Shown one piece after another: positions 49,189 to 58,562 of a stretch of 64,000 nt of DNA (position 1 is its first letter; every line of letters starts with the position of its first letter). A model generated the notes under the pieces. That model was not told the origin of the DNA and ran no database searches. It was given only the letters and a program-made list of their open reading frames with translations. The stretch is from Anthoceros angustus (lineage: Eukaryota > Plantae > Anthocerotophyta), in assembly GCA_010909165.1 (NCBI GenBank), contig VJWM01000265.1, forward strand, positions 1 to 64,000. The letters are read 5' to 3'. The position numbers were made by a program, and so were the translations under genes.

Positions 49189-49737
49189 GCTCACGGCCCT
49201 GCCACCGACTGCCCACAATGCAGGCCCCCAGAAGCAGCATCTCTACCAGGCCATCTCCGAGGAGAATGCAATGCCCCGTGCAGCCCCACAACCAAAGCGA
49301 GCCCGAACTTCAGCATCTTCCCCTCCTGCAGGCCGAGGACCATTGCGTGGCCCTGCCCTGTAGATAAGACAAGCGCATTCCGATCGAATTTTGGGCAGTG
49401 CTCTCCCCGGGACTGTCGACAAGTACCCTGAATTTGTCACCGACTCCGTCCATTTCTCTACAAACAGTTCGAGAGCAAGAGCATCCTAGCCTACAACCGG
49501 ATGCCCCGGCAATGCGCCCCCCCGCACTCCGACGCAGATCCTCGCGGCCTCCCGAGAGTACACGCTTCACAGTAGTCTCCTTTCCCGGCGCCTGGATACC
49601 AACCGAGTGGATAACGTTTTTGCCCGCTTACCGATACTTGGCAGTAAGATCTTTCGAAGAGGCCCGCAATTCGGAAACACCCATAAACTTTGAGCTCCCC
49701 TGAATTTTCAACCGACCATACAGCGTGACGAAAAAAA

Positions 49738-50823
49738 CCCTAAACCCTATATTCTATAACCTATATATACCCTATACCCTAAATCCTAAACCCTAAACCC
49801 TATACCCTCTACCCTAAACTCTAAACCCTATACTCTATACTCTATACTCTATACTCTATACTCTATACTCTATACTCTATACTCTATACTCTATACTCTA
49901 TACTCTATACTCTATACTCTATACTCTATACTCTATACTCTATACTCTATACTCTATACTCTATACTCTATACTCTATATACTCTATACTCTATACTCTA
50001 TATTCTATACTCTATACCCTATACCCTATACTCTATACCCTAGACCCTAGACCCTAAACCCCAAACCCTATACTCTATACCCTATACCCTATACCCTATA
50101 CTCTATACCCTAAACCCTATACTCTATACCCTATAAGTATAAGGTATAGGGTATAGAGTATATAGTATAGGGTTTAGGGTTTAGAGTATAGAGTATAGAG
50201 TATATATAGGGTATAAAATATATAGTATAGGATATAGGATATAGAGTATAGGATATAGAGATTAGGGTTTAGGGTATAGAGTATAGAGTATAAAGTATAT
50301 ATAGGATATAAAATATAGAGTATAGGATATAGGATATAGAGTTTAGGATATAGAGTTTAGGATATAGAGTATAGGGTTTAGGGTATAGGGTATAGGGTAT
50401 AGGGTTTAGAATATAGGGTTTAAGGTTTAGAGTATAGGGTATAGGGTATAGGGTATAGGGTATAGGGTGTAGGGTCTAGGGTCTAGGGTTGAGGGTTTAG
50501 GGTTTAGGGTTTAGGGTATAGGGTATAGGGTATAGGGTATAGGGTTTAGGGTTTAGGGTTTAGGGTTTAGGGTTTAGGGTTTAGGGTTTAGGGTTTAGGG
50601 TAGGGTATAGGGTTTAGGGTATAGGGTAGGGTATAGGGTTTAGGCCCAGGCACAGGGTAGGGTATAGGCACAGGCACAGGGTATAGGGTATAGGCACAGG
50701 CACAGGCACAGGGTATAGGGTTTAGGGTTTAGGGTTTAGGGTTTAGGGTTTAGGGTTTATGGTTTAGGGTTTTAGGATATAGGGTATAGAGTATATATAG
50801 GTTATAGAATATAGGATTTAGGG
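49738..50823. repeat. Interstitial telomere-variant foldback: C-rich 7-mers (CCCTAAA/CCCTATA/CTCTATA) to ~50135, then G-rich 7-mers (TATAGAG/TATAGGG/TTTAGGG/GGCACAG)
   Basis: The 7-bp period is seen throughout, the strand switches near 50137, and the outer ~60 bp are near-perfect inverted repeats. Confidence 0.95.
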
Positions 50824-51690
50824 TAGACCTACGCACAAGACACATAGGAGTCGCCAAAATTTATTCATATCTTGGCATATGTCATAACAAAGAGGAACAA
50901 TAAGGCAAATATTATTAATTTATATTTTAAACAAGACTATAATTATATACTAATGTGGGTTGCATAATTAGAATTGATAAATGGTGATTTGTAGTGATTT
51001 GTGATTTATTATAAAAATCACAAGATAATAATAAAAGTTTTTAGTTATTTTATGATTAATATATTATATAATAATTATATACTTTTAAAAAATATGTTCC
51101 ATAATTGAAACTATGGCTGGTATGGACTCGTTTAATGATAGAATGTAACTAAATTTTCGTGCTAAATAATGGATTATATCATAAAAGTCTTTTAGACTCT
51201 CAACCTTTGACAAACTCTCTTCAAACTCAAACTGATGAGGAAAACGGTAAGAAAGCTGGAATGCCCCGCGGTCACCACAAGGCGACACCAGGCCAGCAAA
51301 CGCCACGGTGTGGCGGCTTCACACCTTGGGCCAACCGTCGATGCTGACATGGAACAAGCGAGGCGGGCCGCACCAGATATTTTTGTATCTGCCGTGCTGC
51401 TTGGGCTGGCCTCCGGGAGGCCGCAAATCGGCCCCTTCTTGCACCTGTCGCAGGCTTGCAGAGATCTCTCTTCCTCACAGCTCCCAAGCTCACTTTTTCT
51501 CGCACCCTGCTCGATCCCAGATCTGCGTGACGTGGCCTGCATTCCTCCCCAGCGGAAATTCGATGGCAGAACTTTTCCTCCTCAACACGTTTAGAACTCG
51601 ATCCCCAGGCCTTTGGATGAATTGAATTGTGATAGAATTGCACCTCACGAGCAGATCAGCATTACAGCGAGCTCGAGAGCTGCAGGTGGG

Positions 51691-53762
51691 ATGGAGCTCG
51701 CAGGAAGAAGGTCTGTTGGGTCTCTCTCGTCTGGTGGTCCGAATGTGCACACGGGAGGCAGCAGGAATGTTTGTCTGCTCGGTCCGAAGAGCCTTGGAGT
51801 AGTGTCTTTGATCCATCACTCAATAGGAACCAACGGGGCGCGCGATGAGCTTAGGTGGGTTGTTTCTGCCATTTTGGAAGCTCATGCAAATCGGGATGTG
51901 GAAAGAGGAAGAGGCGGACTGGAGTGTGGATTTGCGTTTTTCTAGCCTGATGGGAGCTGGGTGTTGCATTTGCAGGAGTAGTAATTTGACGACATCCAGG
52001 CATCTAGTTTATTTCACTAGGTGTGCGGCAGCAGGGGAAGGGCGGGGGGTTGGTTCTCAGATTGCGAACCATCAACGTGATCACTATGAACTGCTAGGTG
52101 TCGCAATTGATGCCACCTCTGCAGATATTCGAAAGGCTTACAGGCTTTTGCAGAAGAAGTACCATCCTGATGTTGCCGGTTTGGAGGTTGTCATAGTCAC
52201 TTTGGACTCGTGATGTTTTGTGTTGGTATGAATGTGACAGCCTTGTGATGAAAAAGGAAGGGATTTTAGTTTTGTGATTGTTGGTGCTTCTCCCAGGGCC
52301 ATGCTATGGCACTTTTGGTCAATGAAGCCTACGCGACGCTGATGGATGGGGATCGCAGAGCAGCGTATGATGCTGCTCACTCTTACAAGACGGTCATCCG
52401 AGCGTGTGGGCACAGCTCATTCACAGGCATGCCGTATAGCACATGGCAGGGGCCAGACAGGCCGCAAGGCATTTTTGTTGACGAGAATGCTTGTGTTGGT
52501 ATGTCTTTGATGCATTGGCTTTGGGAATACTAGTTGGGGCAGCTTGGTGTCGGGTCAGATTTGTGAACAACACAGTCTTGCAGGTTGTAGGGAATGTGTT
52601 TTCATGGCAAGAAATACATTTGCGATGGATGAGTCAGTGGGGTCTGCGCGTGTGAGAACTCAATGGGGAGACCCTGACCAGCGAATCAAGGTAATTGGAG
52701 TGTCCTGAACACATTGTTATTGTACAGAAGTTGGGCTACTTGTTGCAAAGATAGCCACTCACGAGTGGCCCTTGCTGTTTCTTAGATTGCGATCGATGCC
52801 TGCCCTGTGAACTGCATTCATTATGTGGAGAGGGAAGACCTGCCTGTACTTGAGTATCTGATTCGTCCACAGCCAAGGGTAAGTAATGGAGTATTTGGAG
52901 GAGGATGGGAGAGGCCAACAAATGTTTTCATGGCAGCACGGGCATTCCAGCGCAGAATGAAGGATCAGGCTGAAGCTGCCCTACATCGTGAGTTTGCACA
53001 TCAAGAATGAAAGGTTTCTGTTCGCTTGCCCCAGGCTCATGTTTCATATCCTTCTTGCTCGTCATTGCAGGCTCAGCAGCAGAAAAAGAGACACCGGCTC
53101 AGCAGAAGGCTCGACAGGATGCAGATCTGAAAATGCGTGCAGGGGCATTCTGGCGGTTTTGGTCATGGGCCGCACCGTCCCAACGACCCTCTGGCCCCAA
53201 AGGCAAATCCAAAGACGAGAGCTCACCCTGGAAAAAGATTTTCGGTCGTGCAAGCACCTCTGAACTTTTGCACATCCCTGTAACTTCAGAAGATGTCTCC
53301 AAGGTGAGCTTATCATCAAGGTTGCTTCCCTATCGTGACACCATTTCAAGGAAAGGAAAATGTGCCCATTGCTCACCAGTCGTAGTCCTTGTGCAGGTGA
53401 TTGCCACTGTGCAGGATTGGGCTTTGACATTTGCATCATCTAGCGAATTACCACTGCCAATGCCTTTTCGTGCAGATGCTCTGCCCAACGGGGTGCAGCT
53501 AAACCTGATGACACTGGACAACGGTGTGCTTTCAAGCATAGGGTCGTTGGTGATAACCGTAGAGCAAGTACAGTCTCCTGAGACTGAAGATGAAGTTGTG
53601 GATCAGGGTAATCCACAAGAACAGTACGCATTACGTGCAAGAAGGCTAGGCACCACCGGCTCCAAAGGACTGCCAGGAGAGGGCCGGATTTTGCAGCTGC
53701 TGAAGGAAGCTCTGGCTGGAGATGACAGCGCTTACACATCATACCGGATCCACCGTCAGTAA
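51691..53762 (+). CDS. Chloroplast DnaJ-ferredoxin (J-domain + Fe-S) protein, DJC76-like paralogue, multi-exon
   Basis: J-domain DHYELLGV...[15 protein letters not shown] (HPD intact), then Fd motif [13 protein letters not shown]...ACPVNCIH, then FGGGWERP and a C-terminal [17 protein letters not shown] region. GT-AG introns (for example 51856-52020) join in phase. The start ATG is inferred. Confidence 0.9.
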
Positions 53763-53996
53763 TGAAGCCTGGTCAACATGATGGCTTCCAACATCGGGGT
53801 AGATGGGATTTCCCATCTCTTTTTTCTCATTAAAGTATTCAGGTCCCCTTCCAACATCCAAAAGACTGTCAGACTACGTATCCTTTACCCACCGAATGCG
53901 ACCGTCCCTAGCACTTGGACAGTAAATTGCCCAATAGAGCTTCAAGTAAAAAGGAATGATGGGTCAGGCTCACCCCAACCCTGATAGTGCAATGCA

Positions 53997-54920
53997 TCAA
54001 GTTCTTGCTGTTGAACAAGGTCCAGAGGAATCCTGCAGATGGCTCAACCGCAGCCACTCCCCAATCTCTTCCACGTACTTCTCCACCGGAAAGTTGAGCT
54101 TGTTTTTACCCAAAGCCCCGATCTGTATAATCTTCTTGTCATGCGCGGAAGCTGCTGCTTCCAGGGACTCGAATGACACATCGAAGTTGCTTTTGTTCTC
54201 GCCGACCACCTGAACCATTCGTTTAGATGTGGGGTTGAAGAGCCACACATAAAACCGCCCGGGCGTCATCTCACGTTCAGCAATTTGTGGTCCCTCCGCT
54301 CCTTGCACCTTGCGCTTCTCGTAGAGTCTGTAGACGCCGTGACAGCCGGCAACAAGCTCCCGCCGACTTCCATTCTGAGACACCTCTGTTCTCATGTACT
54401 CCCGAAACTCCTCCAAATCTGTCATTCCGAGCACCCTTGGGCTAAACTGCTGGAAGTATTCCTGCACAGGATAGTTCAACTCCAAGTGCGCAGGAAGAGG
54501 CCCATCACCAAGCCTCGTATTCTGGAGCAGGTACAGTTTTATGCTGACAAGATCGTCCATTCTTGCAGCATAATCAGCATCCGTAGAGCCTCCAAAATAG
54601 TGCATTTCTCGTCCGATCCTGGCTTTGACAATGTGGACGTAGCTTTCCTTTTCTGCGTCCTTGAGGCATCGGGTCCAGTCAGGTTCTTTCTTCTGTTTCC
54701 TATGAAATTTCGTCGCTGCCAATCTGTTCAGCTCCAGCATTGCTGTCCCCAAGGCATTAGCTGCATCTCTCTCTGTGCGCGCCACAATTTCCCGCGCCAA
54801 CCTGCAGATACCGATGCGGTCACTTACTGGCCGCGGATCCATCGTCTCGACGCATAGCATATTTTCCAAGATTTTCTCAGCATTTCTCAAGCCTGCTCCT
54901 GTCCATGCAGATTGCATCAT
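53997..54920 (-). CDS. Intronless, highly divergent protein with two AP2-like repeats and an ANT/AP2-type linker
   Basis: 307-aa ORF. HYFGG...AARMDDLVSIKLY...LNYPVQEY...GMTDLEEFREYMR...CHGVYR parallels YLGG...AARAYDLAALKYW...NF...Y...NMTRQEYVAHLRR...YRGVTR. The second repeat is GRFYVWLF...FESLEAAASAHD...LNFPVEKY. Confidence 0.7.
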   Translation of the reverse strand: MMQSAWTGAGLRNAEKILENMLCVETMDPRPVSDRIGICRLAREIVARTERDAANALGTAMLELNRLAATKFHRKQKKEPDWTRCLKDAEKESYVHIVKARIGREMHYFGGSTDADYAARMDDLVSIKLYLLQNTRLGDGPLPAHLELNYPVQEYFQQFSPRVLGMTDLEEFREYMRTEVSQNGSRRELVAGCHGVYRLYEKRKVQGAEGPQIAEREMTPGRFYVWLFNPTSKRMVQVVGENKSNFDVSFESLEAAASAHDKKIIQIGALGKNKLNFPVEKYVEEIGEWLRLSHLQDSSGPCSTART

Positions 54921-55304
54921 GTGCTAGAAAACAGTAAATCCAGTTCAGTACACAAACAATAAACCCAGGTTCAATACACTCAATAGTGTACATATATAGC
55001 CATAATCCCGAGATTATGTATCTTTATCTCGCTATATGAATTATCCTACATACTTATAGGACTTATTTTATAGGTTCTAGTAATGTATTGTCTCATTCCT
55101 ATGGATTTTTAATGTCTTTAATCATCTTCATCACACATAAGGAGTTGTAGAAGAAGAACAAGAAGAAAGAAGAATTTTTGAATAATTCACTAAGGATAAA
55201 TGAAATATGACAAGTACATGAATTGTGATAAAAATGTCTAGATGCTAAAATTCACACAAGAGAATCAATCAAAGTATCAAGCTAAAACTCAAACAAGAGA
55301 ATCA

Positions 55305-55625
55305 ATCGATGTGTCAATCAACAGTGTGAGTGAAATTGTGCATATCAATTGATCGTGTGAGTGAAATTGGGCATATGAATTCACCGTATCAATGAAATTA
55401 TGCATATATTATACATATCAATTGACTGTGTGAGTGAAATTGTGCATATGAATTCACCGTATCGGTGAAATTATGCATATATTATGCATATCAATTGACC
55501 GTGTCAATAAAATTGTGCAAATTATGCATATCAATTGACCGTGTCAATAAAATTGTGCATATTAATTGATCTGATCGTGTGAGTGAAATTGCGCATATCA
55601 AGTGACCGTGTCAATGAAGTTGTGT
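55305..55625 (+). repeat. Degenerate ~29 bp minisatellite (GTGTGAGTGAAATTGTGCATATCAATTGA-like), about 10 units
   Basis: Seen directly. The units are rich in short palindromes (ATGCAT, CAATTG, GAATTC). Possibly transposon subterminal repeats. Confidence 0.85.
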
Positions 55626-56069
55626 GGTAGAGAACAGTACCAATTCATCTCCATGGAAGAAAGTCACTTAACCTGCAGCACACAGGCAATTATGAAAACG
55701 GGTAACATCTCCTTCTTAGGAAATGGTGAATAGGTTATCTTAGAAGGCAAAGCCAAATATAATTATGTAACTTAAAAAAATATTTTAAATGTTGACAGTG
55801 GACTAACGATGCAAAGTACGTTATAATATCGCCAAAGACTTCTATGTTAAGAAACAAAGGACCAAGAGGCCATTTTCAAAGTATCTTACCTCCCTGCAAA
55901 GAATCAAGGTTGCCCCACCCCACTGCCAGGTCATATTGATCCATATCGTCCATCTGTGTCAACACAATTGTAACGTGAGTATTAGAACTATTATGGTATA
56001 ACGATAAAATAAAATATTAGAAGATCATAGAACTCTCCACTTTACTTTATCGTCTTCTCAATCATTGTG

Positions 56070-56290
56070 TTACGGATCATATGACTTATTTCTACTACAA
56101 ACACAAAAGAGCTCTTCAAGTTGTGAGCTTTCATTTACTCGCAATGGCCTTGACTCGCCTCTCCTTTTAAGTCCGACATCACCCATCCATTGGAGGACCT
56201 CTGCGCATCCGCTCTCGAGAGCACTACCTTTGCAACCTCCAGCTTCTCCTTGCCCCTGAGCGGTTCTGGCACTACTCCTCCTATCTCCTC
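56070..56290 (-). mobile_element. Possible decayed hAT transposase C-terminal dimerisation region
   Basis: Across two frames it reads GGVVPE...EVAKVVLS / SGCAE...W...KRR...LEELFCV..N, resembling G..PEL...A..VLS...SSGCERNWS...KRRNRL...L.DLVFV..N. Confidence 0.4.
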
Positions 56291-56454
56291 CTCGGTTGGG
56301 CGATTGCCTATCGGATTGCAAGCCATTGGTCATTTGCAAGATGCAGATGAGCTACCGGATCAAGATTGACCCGATGACCTATTGGATTGCAAGGCATTGC
56401 TCTACCGCTGAGTGCAAGCCATTGCTATGCCGTTGAGCTACACCTCAGCATATT

Positions 56455-56590
56455 ATTTGGGAGTCAGTATTACTCATGGAAATAATGACCTATCTAATTG
56501 CAAGTGATTGCTCTAGCACTGGATCGTTTGGGAGTCAAAATTACTCATGGAAATAATAACCTATTAGATTGCAAGTGATTGCTCTAGCAT
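56455..56590 (+). repeat. Tandem duplication of a ~70 bp unit
   Basis: TTTGGGAGTCA...TTACTCATGGAAATAAT.ACCTAT...ATTGCAAGTGATTGCTCTAGCA occurs twice. Confidence 0.9.
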
Positions 56591-57073
56591 GGAGCTGTAC
56601 CTCACCAAGATCAATCGGGATTTGAGCTTACTTTTAGAAAAACTAGAACTATAGATGTTTTACAAAATATGCACCCAAGTAGTCTTGTTCCACAACAAAT
56701 TAAAATTATGGTGGAGACACACAAATATATGTGTCTTTACCTACATGGATGTGATTTTTCTATTCATCGAGCTTAAGGTATTGGATCAATCAAATTCTTT
56801 TTTCCAAGTCTCGAAATCTATAGCTACCAATTTTTTCAAGAAGTTGTCTTTTGAAATCTATACCTACCTATTTTTTCCAAATTTCAGTACGTAGCTTAAA
56901 ACCACAACCCTACGCTTATTTCATGTTGTTGCAGCTAGCCTTTGGTTTTGTGAAACAATCGGAGCGTTTGATTTGTATTCCAAAGCAGCTTGTGTCTGCG
57001 CAACTCTGCGGATTGAAGGATTGAAGGACATGATCCCACAAGGCACACCGTGCTACAGTTGGCGTTCCGTTGG

Positions 57074-57178
57074 TGTGCTCAGCAAATTTGACAGCTATGG
57101 GTGCTGAGCAAATTTGACAGCTATGGGTGCTGAGCAAATTTGACAGCCATGGGTGCTGAGCAAATTTGAAAGCTATGG
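57074..57178 (+). repeat. Four tandem 26-bp units (GGTGCTGAGCAAATTTGACAGCTATG) just 3' of the dirigent-like gene
   Basis: AGCAAATTTG recurs at 57081, 57107, 57133 and 57159. Confidence 0.95.
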
Positions 57179-57235
57179 AGTGAGCAGTACAGATGTAATC
57201 GAACAAGGGGGAAGCGGGAAGCCCACATTTGGGCC

Positions 57236-57793
57236 TCAGTATCCTCCATAGTAGATGTTGGATGTGAAGCGCAGAACGGAAGAGCCCGCATCCTGGAAGT
57301 AGGTGCTGAGAATAGTCCAGCCCTGGGCAAGCTTGAATTTGCCATTGCCCCCTGTGATGACGAATCCCTCGCGCACGGCCAGCGCATCTCGATCGTAGCC
57401 CCGGTAGCTCAGGCTGCTGCGCCCAAACGAGCTGGTCTCGTTGAACACCACGGTGAAGACGAACTCCAGTCCTTGAATGCTGGAGTCGGCCGCGGAAGAT
57501 GCTCCCTCAGTCAAGTACGTGTACGACCCTTTGGCTCGCGCAATCTCTGTCGACAGATCTTCCGGGTCGGTTGTCACGGGACTGTCGAACAGAGTGAGCC
57601 CTCCTGCGTCGCCCGGCAGCACCACGAAGGTGTCCACGTTGATCCGGAAGTGTACGTAGAAGGTGATGTTCTGGAACTTCTGATTCAAAGTTCCTAGTCG
57701 GGATGCCTCGGCTTCGACTCCACTGAGTGTGAACAGGAAGAACGATGCTGCAATCACAGCCACTGCGATGTAAGTGCTTCTTGAGGACGCCAT
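57236..57793 (-). CDS. Dirigent-domain secreted protein, intronless, with atypical motifs
   Basis: Signal peptide, then ITFYVH, LTLFDSPVT, IARAKG, FTVVF, SLSYRGYD...RE, ITGGNGKFKLAQG. TATAAAT lies ~60 bp upstream (57851-57857). Confidence 0.85.
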   Translation of the reverse strand: MASSRSTYIAVAVIAASFFLFTLSGVEAEASRLGTLNQKFQNITFYVHFRINVDTFVVLPGDAGGLTLFDSPVTTDPEDLSTEIARAKGSYTYLTEGASSAADSSIQGLEFVFTVVFNETSSFGRSSLSYRGYDRDALAVREGFVITGGNGKFKLAQGWTILSTYFQDAGSSVLRFTSNIYYGGY

Positions 57794-58562
57794 TGAATTC
57801 GAAATCAGTCCACCCGATGCACAGATGCATCCGGATTCTGAAGCGACTACATTTATAACAGGAGGTGTCGTCTCATCGGAACAGGAGGGTTCGCGAGGTG
57901 CTGGTTGTTAGCCAGCAGCGATGGAAAGTTTCCGCTGCCGTCTTCCAGTGGTTGGCTGCTGGAAGGTGATGGAAGCATGGTTGTAGATTGCAGATGTCCA
58001 GAAGTTGGAAGGAACGTTCGGGTTCCTTAATTTGATGACAAAAGCGGTAAGCAAATTTAAAGCTTCAACAAAGCAGTGGTTAGCGTTCGTAATTCGCCAG
58101 TGTTGTTGCACTGTGAAGGGAGTTTGGGAGTCTGACGGCAGCCAAGTCCTGTTCTCTGTGAGCTGGTTCGTTTGTGGGCACCACAGAAGTTCAGAACGTA
58201 CTGGGCATGGCATGTTCCATGTTGCTCCCAAGTTTTCTGTACATGCATACCTGCTCCCGATGTTGGTACTGGCTCCATGGAGACTGTGGCGTGAAGTGTG
58301 GTGCACAATCCAGGCATTCATTCTGCACGTCTTCTGTAGTCTCGGGATCCAGAGAGGAGCTCTGAAGGTATGTACTTAGACGCTGAAGTTCTTTTACGGC
58401 CTGGTTGGCAGTGGGTGAAGCTCAAGCTAAAGTGGCTTAACCTACCGGGTGGCTCGACAGGCTGCTGATGCCGAGGCATGTGTTGGGGCAGCCGGGTGCA
58501 GGAGAAGGAGAAATTTTATTGTGGATTTGGGGAAGCTGGCAGCCGCAGATTTGGTGGGCGTT

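Noticed and set aside
49738-50823. Chromosome end-to-end fusion scar or true telomere
   Set aside because: The orientation is C-rich then G-rich, opposite to a fusion. Intact genes flank both sides.
54285-54857. 190-aa plus-strand ORF
   Set aside because: Antisense to the AP2-like ORF, with no independent motif.
57074-57178. 26-bp direct repeats as a CRISPR array
   Set aside because: Pure head-to-tail tandem repeat with no spacers.
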